A DNA stretch of 64,000 nucleotides from positions 800,001-864,000 of the forward strand of contig CBDCRW010000007.1 in assembly GCA_965221125.1 (NCBI GenBank), in the 5' to 3' direction. Position 1 is the stretch's first letter. Every line of letters starts with the position of its first letter. The position numbers and the translations under genes were made by a program. Of this stretch, positions 39,199-48,619 are shown piece by piece. Under the pieces are notes generated by a model that had not been told where the DNA came from, did no database searches, and saw only the letters and a program-made list of their open reading frames with translations. The stretch is from Alphaproteobacteria bacterium. GTDB lineage: Bacteria > Pseudomonadota > Alphaproteobacteria > UBA828.

Positions 39199-40866
39199 TC
39201 AGCTTTTTCGAGCCTGGCGCGCCCAGGAATCGCGCAGGCCCACCGTGCGGTTGAACACGGGCCGCTCGGGCGCAGACACCGGATCGGGGCAGAAATAGCC
39301 CTGCCGCTCGAACTGCACGGTCTCGCCGGGCGGCGTGTCGGCAAGGCAGGGCTCCACGCGGCAGCCCGTCAGCACGGTGCGGGACTGCGGATTGAGGTCG
39401 TCCCAGAGCGTGCCGCCGTCCGCGCCCGGGATCGGCTTCGTGAAGAGGGAGTCGTAGAGCCGCACCTCGGCCTCGACCGAATCCAGCGCCGAGACCCAGT
39501 GCAGCGCCCCCCGCACCTTGCGCCCGTCCGGCGCCTGTCCGCCACGCGTTTCCGGGTCGTAGGTGCAGCGCAATTCGGTCACGGCGCCTGACGCATCCTT
39601 CACCGCCTCCCGGCAGGTGACGAGGTAGCCGTAGCGGAGCCGCACCTCCCGGCCCGGCGCCAGCCGGAAAAACTTCTTGGGCGGATCCTCCATGAAGTCG
39701 TCCGCCTCCACGTAGAGCGTGCGGTTGAAGCGGATTTGCCGGGTGCCGGCGTCCGGCTCCTCGGGATTGTTGACGGCGTCCACCCACTCGCTCTCGCCCT
39801 CGGGGTAATTCTCGATCGTGAGCTTCAGCGGGCGCAGCACCCCGAAGCGGCGCGCAGCGCTCTTGTTCAGCCGCTCGCGCACGGCGTGGTCGAGCATCGC
39901 CTGCTCCACCAGGTTGTCGCTGGTCTTGGAGATGGCGAGCACGCCGACGAAATCGCGGATCGCCGCGGGCGGCACGCCGCGCCGGCGCAGGCCGCAGATG
40001 GTCGGCATCCGGGGGTCGTCCCAGCCGTCCACCCTGCCGTCGTCGACGAGCTGCGTGAGGCGGCGCTTGGAGAGCACGGTGTGGCTCAGGTTGAGCCGCG
40101 AGAACTCGTACTGGCGCGGCACCATCGGCACCGGCAGGCGCTCAATCAGCCAGTCGTAGAGCGGGCGGTGGTCCTCGAACTCGAGCGTGCAAAGCGAGTG
40201 GGTGACGCCCTCGATCGCGTCCGACTGTCCGTGCGCGAAATCGTAGGTGGGGTAGATGCACCAGTCCTCGCCGGTGCGCGGATGGGCCGCGTGCAGGATG
40301 CGGTAGAGCACCGGGTCGCGCATGTTGATGTTGCCCGCCGCCATGTCGATCTTCGCCCTCAGCACCCGCGCGCCTTCCGGGAACGCGCCGGCCCGCATGC
40401 GGCGGAAGAGGTCGAGGCTCTCATCCGCCGGCCGGGTCCGGTAGGGGCTGTCGCGCCCCGGCTCGGTGAGCGTGCCGCGATGGGCGCGGATCTCGTCCGC
40501 CGAGAGGTCGTCGACGTAGGCGTCGCCGGCCTGGATCAGGTGCTCGGCCCACGCGTAGAGGCGCTCGAAGTGGTCGGAGGCGAAATAGATGTGCTCGCCC
40601 CAGTCGAAGCCCAGCCAGCGCACGTCCTCCTGGATGGCCTCGATGAACTCGTGCTCTTCCTTGGTCGGGTTGGTGTCGTCGAAGCGGAGGTGGCAGCGCC
40701 CGCCGAACTCCTGCGGCACGCCGAAGTTGAGGCAGATCGACTTGGCGTGCCCGATGTGCAGATAGCCGTTGGGCTCGGGCGGAAAGCGCGTGACCGCCTC
40801 GTCGTGCCGCCCGGCCGCGAGGTCGGCGCGGACCACTGCCCGAATGAAATCGTCGCCTGTGTTCAT
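39199..40866 (-). CDS. glnS: Glutamine--tRNA ligase
   Basis: [81 protein letters not shown]. Confidence 0.95.
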   Translation of the reverse strand: MNTGDDFIRAVVRADLAAGRHDEAVTRFPPEPNGYLHIGHAKSICLNFGVPQEFGGRCHLRFDDTNPTKEEHEFIEAIQEDVRWLGFDWGEHIYFASDHFERLYAWAEHLIQAGDAYVDDLSADEIRAHRGTLTEPGRDSPYRTRPADESLDLFRRMRAGAFPEGARVLRAKIDMAAGNINMRDPVLYRILHAAHPRTGEDWCIYPTYDFAHGQSDAIEGVTHSLCTLEFEDHRPLYDWLIERLPVPMVPRQYEFSRLNLSHTVLSKRRLTQLVDDGRVDGWDDPRMPTICGLRRRGVPPAAIRDFVGVLAISKTSDNLVEQAMLDHAVRERLNKSAARRFGVLRPLKLTIENYPEGESEWVDAVNNPEEPDAGTRQIRFNRTLYVEADDFMEDPPKKFFRLAPGREVRLRYGYLVTCREAVKDASGAVTELRCTYDPETRGGQAPDGRKVRGALHWVSALDSVEAEVRLYDSLFTKPIPGADGGTLWDDLNPQSRTVLTGCRVEPCLADTPPGETVQFERQGYFCPDPVSAPERPVFNRTVGLRDSWARQARKS

Positions 40867-40885
40867 GTTACGCCTTGATTGCCCG

Positions 40886-41167
40886 CTATTCCTCACCTTC
40901 GAGCCCGAGAACCCGGCGGCTGAGCGCCGGATCATGAAATGCAGCGATCATCGCCTCGGCCTCTTCCGGCGTGGCGTCCTCGATCCCGAGGCGCCGCCGA
41001 TCCGCTTCCAACTTGTCGAAGTCGATTCCCCTGGGCTCGTTGCAGCGCACCAACTCGACGACCGGCTCGCCGTGCTTCGTGATGACCACACGCTCGCCGT
41101 TCTGGGCATCCTTGACGAGCCTGGACAGGTGAGCCTTGGCGTCACGCAGGGCATATTCCATGGCCAT
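40886..41167 (-). CDS. Phd/YefM-family type II antitoxin (orphan)
   Basis: [36 protein letters not shown]; GGAG SD upstream; no toxin ORF downstream. Confidence 0.85.
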   Translation of the reverse strand: MAMEYALRDAKAHLSRLVKDAQNGERVVITKHGEPVVELVRCNEPRGIDFDKLEADRRRLGIEDATPEEAEAMIAAFHDPALSRRVLGLEGEE

Positions 41168-41268
41168 TGTCTCCAAGGAGCGGAGCGGTCACCGGACCCT
41201 ACGCAATGGGGTGCCCATGCGCAAAACCCCAGTCCGACCACATCATCTTCCTATTGGGAACCGGGGCA

Positions 41269-42300
41269 TTACGCGAAGTGCGGCATGACCTCGCCGGCGA
41301 AGAGTTCGAGCGAGGCCATGGCGTCGGCGCCGGGAATGCCGGGCATGTGCATCCAGCAGATCATCTCGCTCGGGTTGCAGGCCGCCCGATAGTCCCGGAT
41401 GCGGCGAATCGCGAAGTCAGGGTCGCCGATGATGTAGCGGTCCTTGAAGGTCGCGAACGCGACCTCGGTGGGGTCCTCGATCACGCTGCCGTCGTCCCGC
41501 CGGAGCACGCGGTCGCCCGCCGCCGACGCGGCGCCGTAGAGCTCGCGATAGAGATAGTCCACCGCCGGCGCGGCCTTCGCCTCCGCCTCCGCCATGGTCG
41601 GCGCGACGAACACCTGGCGGATGATCGGCCGCTCCGGGATCTCCCAGCCGGCAGCCTCGGCCGCGGCTTCGTAGGGCTTGAAGTGCTCCTGCAGCTCGGC
41701 GAGCCCGTGGCGTGGCGACATGATCTGCACGGAGCGCCGCGCCACCGCCCGCCGCAGCGAGCCCGGCGCCGAGACCCCGTACCAGATGGGCGGATGCGGG
41801 TCCTGCACCGGCTTCGGCGTCACCCGCCCCTCGGGCACCCGGTAGTAGCGCCCCTCGAAGGAGAACGGCTCTCCGCTCCAGGCCTGAACCATCAGGTCGA
41901 GCGCCTCCTCGAAGCGCCCCACGCGCTCCTCGCGCGGCACGTCGTGGGCGGCGAACTCTTGGCTTACGTAGCCCGGCGCCACGCCGAAGACGAAGCGCCC
42001 GCCCGAGAGGTTGTCGATGACCGCGATGTCCTCGGCGAGCTTGAGCGGCGCGTAGAGCGGCACCAGCAGGACCGCCGTGCCGATCCGCATCCGCTGGGTG
42101 ACCGCCGCAGCGCCCGCCATGGCGACCACCGGGCTCGGGCAGAATCCGTCCTTCTGCACGTGGTGGGAGCACTGAAAGGCCGAGACGTAACCCAGCTCCT
42201 CGGCCCGCGGCAGGCACTGCAGCATGTCCCGATAGGTCTCGCTGCTGGCGATGCCGCTCTCCGGCGGCACCTGGTGAGCGAAGAGAAGGCCGAACTTCAT
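41269..42300 (-). CDS. LLM-class (luciferase-like) oxidoreductase
   Basis: MKFGL, AEELGY, RIGTAV, LAEDIAVIDNLSGGRF, PKPVQDPHPPIW. Confidence 0.9.
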   Translation of the reverse strand: MKFGLLFAHQVPPESGIASSETYRDMLQCLPRAEELGYVSAFQCSHHVQKDGFCPSPVVAMAGAAAVTQRMRIGTAVLLVPLYAPLKLAEDIAVIDNLSGGRFVFGVAPGYVSQEFAAHDVPREERVGRFEEALDLMVQAWSGEPFSFEGRYYRVPEGRVTPKPVQDPHPPIWYGVSAPGSLRRAVARRSVQIMSPRHGLAELQEHFKPYEAAAEAAGWEIPERPIIRQVFVAPTMAEAEAKAAPAVDYLYRELYGAASAAGDRVLRRDDGSVIEDPTEVAFATFKDRYIIGDPDFAIRRIRDYRAACNPSEMICWMHMPGIPGADAMASLELFAGEVMPHFA

Positions 42301-42334
42301 CGCGTCGTCCCTGTCGCTTGAGTCGCCTCGAAAC

Positions 42335-43081
42335 TCAGCCGAACGCGGCGCCGGAGATGCCGGCGAGCCAGCCGTCGTCCACGCCGAGGTTCACGCCGTG
42401 GATGTGGGCTGCGTCGTCGGAGCAGAGGAAGAGCGCGGCGGCGGCGATCGAGTCCGGCTCCATGTAGCCGGTGCGGGTCGCCAGCATGCGGGAAAGATTC
42501 GTGATGAAGGCGTCGTCCGTCCACTGGTGCTCGGTCATCTGCGTGCGGATGAAGCCGGGCGCCACCGAGTTCACGTTGATCCTGTCGGGCGCGAGCTGCA
42601 TCGCCAGCGCGCGCGTGAGGTTGAGGAGCCCTCCCTTCGCCGCGCAGTAGGCCTCGGCGTTGGCGAAGCCCTGGCTGGCCGCGATCGAGGTGATGTTGAC
42701 GATGCGCCCGCCGCCTCGGCTTCGCATCTGCGGCACCGCCGCCTGGATGAGGAAGAACACGCCCTTCAGGTTGATGTCGACGTTGCGGTCCCAGTTCTCC
42801 TCGGTCGCCTCGTCGAAGGGCATCTGCTCGAACACGCCGACGCAGTTGACCAGCAGGTCGATGGGGCCGAGATCGGCCTCCACCGCGGCGGCGAGGCGCC
42901 GGCACTCCGATACGCGGCTGAGGTCGGCCGTGTAGCAGCGCGCATTCGCCACCGGACTCTCGCCGGAAGCCGCGTCGGCCAGCGCCAGCTCGGCGCCTTC
43001 GGCGGCAAAGCGCTCGGCCACCTTGCCGCCGATACCGCCGAGCCCGCCCGTGATCAAAGCCCGCTTGCCCTCAAGCCTCAT
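42335..43081 (-). CDS. SDR family oxidoreductase
   Basis: TGGLGGIG, YCAAKGG (YxxxK), VNSVAPGFI. Confidence 0.92.
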   Translation of the reverse strand: MRLEGKRALITGGLGGIGGKVAERFAAEGAELALADAASGESPVANARCYTADLSRVSECRRLAAAVEADLGPIDLLVNCVGVFEQMPFDEATEENWDRNVDINLKGVFFLIQAAVPQMRSRGGGRIVNITSIAASQGFANAEAYCAAKGGLLNLTRALAMQLAPDRINVNSVAPGFIRTQMTEHQWTDDAFITNLSRMLATRTGYMEPDSIAAAALFLCSDDAAHIHGVNLGVDDGWLAGISGAAFG

Positions 43082-43116
43082 GGTTCGCCCATCCTCGTCG
43101 TGCGGCCATCGCCGCC

Positions 43117-43512
43117 CTACTCCATCAGCGCGACCTTTTCCGGCTCGATCCTGACGATCACGCGCTGCTCGCCCTCCCTGCGGTAGGGATAGCTGTCGAG
43201 GTCCATGTACTTCTTGGCCATGGCGTCGATGTTCTCCTCGGCGCCCTCGTGCTCCATCGCCACCACGCGCCCCTGGATCATGGCCTGCTGATAGGGGTTC
43301 TCCATGTCGAACACGGCGATCGCGACCCTGGCGTCGCGGCGCATGTTGCGGGGCTTCACCCGCCCTTCCGCCGTGTTGAAGACGATGTGCGGGCCGTCGG
43401 TGTGGATCCAGACGACCGACGCCTGGGGCCTGCCGTCGCCCATCACGGTGGCCACGGTCGCGAAATTCTTGCCGTCCAGCAGCCTCCTGGCCAGATCGGG
43501 CAGCTCCACCAT
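43117..43512 (-). CDS. PPOX-class (probable F420-dependent) oxidoreductase
   Basis: FATVAT..DGRPQASVVW, FNTAEGRVKPRNMRRDARV, AKKY, EQRVIVRIEP. Confidence 0.85.
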   Translation of the reverse strand: MVELPDLARRLLDGKNFATVATVMGDGRPQASVVWIHTDGPHIVFNTAEGRVKPRNMRRDARVAIAVFDMENPYQQAMIQGRVVAMEHEGAEENIDAMAKKYMDLDSYPYRREGEQRVIVRIEPEKVALME

Positions 43513-43593
43513 CTCTCGTCTCCTTCTCGCTCCCGCCGTCGCGGCGCCACCATACAGCCGGGATCAGGCGATAGCACGGTCAGCCGCCAGCGA

Positions 43594-44463
43594 TCAGGCG
43601 ACCCACTCGTTGGCTTCGTCGCTGTCGCCGGCGACCGTGGTGCGGACCATGTGGCGCGGCTGGTCCGGCGGATGGCCGAGGCCCCGGTGGAGGACGCAGC
43701 GGTTGTCCCACATGACGAGATCGCCCACGGCCCACTTGTGAATGTGGATGCGCGGGGCCTGGCAGGCGTCGGCGCACAGGCGCTCCAGGAGCTGGCGGCT
43801 CTCGCCGGGGTCCTCGCCCACGATGTGGCTTGCATGGCGGCCGATGTAGAGGTTGCGCCGCCCGGTCGCCGGATGGGTGCGAATCACCGGCTGCTCCACC
43901 GGCGGCAGCGCGTCCCACTCGTCCTCGGTGATTGCGCCCATGCCGCCGACCTTGCCCTGGCTGTAGGCATAGCTATGCACGGCGATCTTGTCCGCGAGCC
44001 ACGCCTGCATGGCGGGCTCAAGGGCGTCGTAGGCCGCGCGCATGTCGGCAAACGCGGTCTCGCCGCCGGTCTTCGGCACGATCTTCGCTGCGAGCAGCGA
44101 GGCCTTGGCGGGAATCCGCTTGTACGAGCTGTCGGTGTGCCAATAGTTGTTGCCCTGCAGCAGCCGTCCGGTGTCGCTCTTGGCCTCCCAGAGGGAGCCG
44201 TCCTTCTTCACGTTGGAGAGGTGGATGATCGCCGGGTCGTGCTGGGTGTGGGTCTTGGTGAGGCTGCGCTCCAGCGGGCCGAAGCGGCGGCTGAAGGCGA
44301 CCTGCTCCTCTTCCGAGAGGTGCTGGCCGGGGAAGATCAGCACCCCGTGGGCGTGCCACGCCGCCTGGATGACCGCGAAGGCCTCGTCGTCGAGCGCGTT
44401 CAGCCGGACGTTGCTGACGACCGCGCCCAAGGTGGCGTCGGTCGGCGTGATCTCAGGAGACAT
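43594..44463 (-). CDS. TauD/TfdA-family Fe(II)/2-oxoglutarate dioxygenase
   Basis: WHTDSSY, GGETAFADMRAAYDAL, WDNRCVLHR. Confidence 0.92.
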   Translation of the reverse strand: MSPEITPTDATLGAVVSNVRLNALDDEAFAVIQAAWHAHGVLIFPGQHLSEEEQVAFSRRFGPLERSLTKTHTQHDPAIIHLSNVKKDGSLWEAKSDTGRLLQGNNYWHTDSSYKRIPAKASLLAAKIVPKTGGETAFADMRAAYDALEPAMQAWLADKIAVHSYAYSQGKVGGMGAITEDEWDALPPVEQPVIRTHPATGRRNLYIGRHASHIVGEDPGESRQLLERLCADACQAPRIHIHKWAVGDLVMWDNRCVLHRGLGHPPDQPRHMVRTTVAGDSDEANEWVA

Positions 44464-44479
44464 GGCGCCCTCCCCTCGC

Positions 44480-45634
44480 TTACTCCCTCGCCCAGCCCGG
44501 AATGTAGCAGGGCCCCGGAATCGCGGGATAGCGCTCCAGCACCGATTCGTCGATCTCGATGCCGAGGCCGGGCCCGTCGGGCGGCTCGATATATCCGTCC
44601 ACCACCCCCTTGTAGCCCTTGGCGAGGTCGGTGCGGAACGGGTTCACCAGGGCCACGTCGGCCTCGTAGATGAGCCCGTTCGGGATCGCCGAGAGCAGAT
44701 GCGCGTTGCCGGCGGCGCTCAGGATGCTGTGGCTGGTGTGCGGCGCCATCGGGATGTGCCACGCGGCCGCCATGTCGGAGATCTTCTTGAGTTCGCTCAG
44801 CCCGCCCGACTTGCAAAAATCCGCCTGGCAGATGGAGATCGCCCGCGCCTCGAAGAGCGCCCGGAAGGCGGGCCTCGCGTAGTGGTTCTCGCCGGCGGCG
44901 ATGGGGATGGACGTGCGCGTGCGAAGCTCGGCATAGGCCGGGATGTTGTCCGGCGTGAACGGCTCCTCCAGCCAGTACACCCGGTTCTCCTCGCAGTAGC
45001 GCAGCACGTCCGGGATATCGAGCAGGTCGTAGCGCGTCGCGGCATCGACGGCGATGTCGAGATCGTCGCCAAAAGTCTTGCGGATGTGACCGACCCGCAT
45101 GGCGTCCCGCGCGGGGTGGTCGCCCACGCGCATCTTGATCGCCGTATAGCCCTCGTCCACCAGGGTCGCGACCTCTTTTTCCAGCTCTTCCGGCGGCTTG
45201 AAGCCGAGACTTAAACCCCCGGCGTAAGCCCGAATTCGCTTCTTGGAGCCGCCCATCAGCGTGTAGATCGGCAGGCCCAGCAGCTTGCCCTTGAGGTCCC
45301 AGAGCGCGTTGTCGATCCCGGCGAGCGCGGTGATGCTGCCGGCGCCCAGCCCGTGCGTGACGACCTGCTGGCGCTCGAGCCGGTGCCAGATGCCTTCGCT
45401 GTCGAGGGGGTCGGCGCCGACGATGAGCGAGCCGAGCCCGTCCTGGATCACCGTCGCCATCGCCGTGTTGTTCTGGCCGTGGTGCGCCTCGCCGAGACCC
45501 ACCGCGCCGCTCTCGTCCGTGATCCGCACGAGCACGATGTCGCGCTTGGTGTTGGTGCCGAGACCGAGCCGCACGAGGTTGGTCTCGAACGGACATGAAT
45601 GAGCGCTCGCGCGTACCTCGACGATCTTCGCCAT
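44480..45634 (-). CDS. Mandelate racemase/muconate lactonizing enzyme family protein
   Basis: IDNALWDLKGK, KMR, VDA, WLEEP, AGEN, APH; start ATG 45634. Confidence 0.9.
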   Translation of the reverse strand: MAKIVEVRASAHSCPFETNLVRLGLGTNTKRDIVLVRITDESGAVGLGEAHHGQNNTAMATVIQDGLGSLIVGADPLDSEGIWHRLERQQVVTHGLGAGSITALAGIDNALWDLKGKLLGLPIYTLMGGSKKRIRAYAGGLSLGFKPPEELEKEVATLVDEGYTAIKMRVGDHPARDAMRVGHIRKTFGDDLDIAVDAATRYDLLDIPDVLRYCEENRVYWLEEPFTPDNIPAYAELRTRTSIPIAAGENHYARPAFRALFEARAISICQADFCKSGGLSELKKISDMAAAWHIPMAPHTSHSILSAAGNAHLLSAIPNGLIYEADVALVNPFRTDLAKGYKGVVDGYIEPPDGPGLGIEIDESVLERYPAIPGPCYIPGWARE

Positions 45635-45734
45635 CGCTTTCCCCCTGTGCCGGCGGCTGCGGTGCCGCCGCGCCGAAGCTATTCCGCCCAGGGACCCGCC
45701 GCAAGCGCCGCGCGGCAGGCATGCGGATTTGCGC

Positions 45735-45854
45735 CCGGGCCGCAGGGCGGCCCGGACGGCGCGACTGCGCGTCGCACGGCCACGTGCGCGGGGCGCACGA
45801 TGCGCCGAAAGGCGCGTAGCCAAGCGAGCGGAGCGAGCGCCCGGCGCCTGAGGG
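45735..45854 (+). repeat. Hairpin-rich intergenic repeat, copy A
   Basis: CCGGGCCGC-AGG-GCGGCCCGG ACGGCGCG ... AGCCAAGCGAGC-GGA-GCGAGCGCCCGGCG..TGAGGGA; blocks shared with copies at 49671 and 57787. Confidence 0.85.
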
Positions 45855-45867
45855 AAACGAAAAAGTA

Positions 45868-46707
45868 TCAGGCAACGGGCGGAGCGGTCGACGGATTCGC
45901 GTCGGAGCCTGAATCAAGCGTTCCTTCAACGGCTTGTGCGGAATTGGCTTCGTTTTGCAAAAACGCTTTTTCGCGATCGGACCCGGCTTCAGCGTTCGCC
46001 TTGACTGCGGCAGGACGCCGGCCTTGCGGCGCAGGCGCGCGCACGGCGCGGGACGGCGCCGGCTCCGGATCGGCCGGCGGCGGCGCCTCCGACCGGGGTT
46101 TCGCGGGCGACGCGCCCTGCAGGCGGCGGAACTCGTCCAGCGTCCGGTGGAGCGCCCGCTGCAGGCTCGCCTCGTGGCGCCCCACGCGGTCGAAGGCCCT
46201 CGCGTTCTGCTTCCGCTCGGCCAGGACCTCGGCCCAGGGCGCCCTCTCCCTGATATCCAGGTCGATCTTGAACTCGGTAAAAAAGATGTCGTCGAGGGTC
46301 TGGGAGGTCGCGTCGCCGTCCTTGCCGCCAAAGTGCTGCTTGAGCAGGTCCTGGGAGATGGCCCTGAACGGCGCCGAGGACACCCTGTTGCGCTCCGCTA
46401 TGAGTTGTCCGTGGACGAAAGTCTGGCATTCGAGGCGGGCGGCGCGGTCGAGCCGCCACAGAAGCACGACGATGCGCTCGGCGAGGGCCGCCTGAAGAGC
46501 GCCCTGCGGGTTGAGGTCGGCGAGCACCTCCTGCTGGAGGCTCTCGAAGGCGTCGGCGTTCTCGTCCGGCAGCACGATTGCGTGCGTTGCGGTGAGGCCG
46601 TGGCAGAGCGCATTGCGTGACGACGCGGCCTTGCCGGCTTCGGTCTTCGGTCCCGTGCTCTTTTGCGCGTTGCGGCGGTTGGCCTTGATCTGTCGCTTCG
46701 TCGCCAT
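45868..46707 (-). CDS. Hypothetical protein with N-terminal QIxANRRNAQKSTGPKT...NA..HGL motif
   Basis: GGAGGAGG SD before ATG 46707; 279 aa; helical-looking core and Pro/Ala-rich tail. Function unknown. Confidence 0.8.
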   Translation of the reverse strand: MATKRQIKANRRNAQKSTGPKTEAGKAASSRNALCHGLTATHAIVLPDENADAFESLQQEVLADLNPQGALQAALAERIVVLLWRLDRAARLECQTFVHGQLIAERNRVSSAPFRAISQDLLKQHFGGKDGDATSQTLDDIFFTEFKIDLDIRERAPWAEVLAERKQNARAFDRVGRHEASLQRALHRTLDEFRRLQGASPAKPRSEAPPPADPEPAPSRAVRAPAPQGRRPAAVKANAEAGSDREKAFLQNEANSAQAVEGTLDSGSDANPSTAPPVA

Positions 46708-46859
46708 GACGACCTCCTCCGGGTTCGAACGAAAACGGAGGATCGTGATCCGCGGCGACCCGTTCGGTAACCGCACCATGGTGCGGGGTCTCTTGCCGTC
46801 TTGCCCGCCCGCTTGCACGGCATCGAAGCCTCGGGAACAATCGCGCGCCGGGAGGGACC

Positions 46860-48602
46860 ATGACTGCACCAGCGACCGAGAGCGGCGCCGATCCGGTCAC
46901 GCGCGAGATCATCCGCGGCAAGCTGCTGGCGCTTGCCGACGAGATGGGCATCGTCATCGCCAAGACCTCCATGAGCCCGGTGATCTACGAGGTGCTCGAC
47001 TTCGCCTGCGGCCTCTGCGACGCCGACGGCGAGCTGATTGTGCAGACCAACGGCATCACGCTCTTCACCGGCACCTTCGCGCCGCAGGTGCGCTCCATCG
47101 TCCGCCGCCACGGCGAGACCATGCGGCCGGGCGACGTCTTCATGACCAACGACCCCTTCGAGGGCGGCACCCATAGCTGCGACATCGCGCTCATCAAGCC
47201 GATCTTCGTGGACGGCCGGCTCTTCGCCTTCGCCATCTCGGTCGCGCACTGGAGCGAGGTCGGCGGCGCCGTGCCCGGCAGCATCTCGCCCACCGCCACC
47301 GAGATCTATCAGGAGGGCGTGCGCTTCCCCGGCATCCGCGTCTGCCGGGACGACGAGACCATCGACGACGTGATCGCGCTGATCCGCGAGAACGTGCGCC
47401 TGCCCGTGCAGTCCCTCGGCGACTTCAACGCGGGCCTCGCCGCCGTCCGCATCGCCGAGACGCGGCTGCGCGAGGTCATCGCCCGCTACGGCGAGGCCGC
47501 GGTGAAGGGCACCTTCGGCCACATCCTGGAGACCAGCGAGCGGCTCAGCCGCGCCGCGGTCGCGGCACTCCCCGACGGCGACTACGAGGCGGAGGACTGG
47601 ATCGACGGCGACGGCATCACGGAAGAGCGCTTCCGCGTCGCCGTCGTCGTGCGCATCCGGGGTGATACCATCACCTTCGACTTCACCGGCACCAGCTCCA
47701 TGGTCAAGGGGCCCATCAACTGCGCCTTCGGCGCCCTCGATTCGGCGGTCAAGACGGTGTTCAAGTCGCTGGTGGACCCGCAGGCCCCGTCGAACGAAGG
47801 CTGGTTCCGCCCGGTGAAGCTGGTCTGCCCGCCAGGCACCGTGTTCACCGCTGAGAAGCCGGCGCCGACCGGCTGGTACTACGAGGGCTCGGCCCACGCC
47901 TCCGAGCTCGCCTGGAAGGCGCTGGCTCACGTCGCACCCGAGCGCTTCAGCGCGGGCTCCTACATGAGCCTCGCCGGCACCTACTTCTACGGCCGCGACC
48001 CGGAGAGCGGCGAGGTCTACGTCCATATCGAGCCCGCCATCGGCGGCTGGGGCGCCACGGCCTCCGGCGACGGCACCAGCGCCCTCATCGCGACGACGGA
48101 CGGCGACACCTACAACTACTCGGTCGAGCTGTTCGAGGCGAAGTTCCCGCTCGCCATCCGTCGCTACGCGCTGAACGTGGACGACGGCGCCGGCGCCGGC
48201 CGCCACCGGGGCGGCTTCGGCGTGGTCCGCGAGTTCGAGGTGGCCGGCGCGGACGCCCACACCTACTGCAGCATCGGCCGCTCCATCGAGCGCCCGTGGG
48301 GTTTGGCGGGAGGCGGCGAGGGCTCCAACAACTACATGCGGATCGAGAGCAATGGCTCCGTCAAGCGGGTGGCCCGCATCCCCTACCAGGCGCTCGGCGA
48401 GGGCGACCGCGTCGCCGTGGTGACCGGCGGCGGCGGCGGCTTCGGCGACCCCCTCACCCGGCCTGCGGCGGCGGTCGCCACCGATGTGGCAGACGGCTAC
48501 ATCTCGGCCGAGCGGGCGTGCAACGACTACGGCGTCGTCGTCGCCCCCGACGGATCCGTGGACGAGGCCGCCACCGCTGCGCTCCGCGCCCAGCCGCGCT
48601 GA
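46860..48602 (+). CDS. Hydantoinase B/oxoprolinase family protein
   Basis: DPVTREII, SPVIYEVLDF, NDPFEGGTH, H.S.VGG..PGS, EIYQEG, GAGRHRGG, GGGGFGDP. Confidence 0.92.
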   Translation: MTAPATESGADPVTREIIRGKLLALADEMGIVIAKTSMSPVIYEVLDFACGLCDADGELIVQTNGITLFTGTFAPQVRSIVRRHGETMRPGDVFMTNDPFEGGTHSCDIALIKPIFVDGRLFAFAISVAHWSEVGGAVPGSISPTATEIYQEGVRFPGIRVCRDDETIDDVIALIRENVRLPVQSLGDFNAGLAAVRIAETRLREVIARYGEAAVKGTFGHILETSERLSRAAVAALPDGDYEAEDWIDGDGITEERFRVAVVVRIRGDTITFDFTGTSSMVKGPINCAFGALDSAVKTVFKSLVDPQAPSNEGWFRPVKLVCPPGTVFTAEKPAPTGWYYEGSAHASELAWKALAHVAPERFSAGSYMSLAGTYFYGRDPESGEVYVHIEPAIGGWGATASGDGTSALIATTDGDTYNYSVELFEAKFPLAIRRYALNVDDGAGAGRHRGGFGVVREFEVAGADAHTYCSIGRSIERPWGLAGGGEGSNNYMRIESNGSVKRVARIPYQALGEGDRVAVVTGGGGGFGDPLTRPAAAVATDVADGYISAERACNDYGVVVAPDGSVDEAATAALRAQPR

Positions 48603-48619
48603 CCGGAGAGGCACGACCG

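Noticed and set aside
37463-39787. 774-aa - strand ORF, and 44400-46331, 46398-48614, 54606-57065 and 58446-60755
   Set aside because: They overlap recognised genes in other frames or strands and give Arg/Ala/Pro-rich translations without motifs.
45848-45865. CTGAGGGAAACGAAA resembling a hammerhead ribozyme core
   Set aside because: It is not CUGANGA, has no stem II, and the spacing is not kept in copies B and C.
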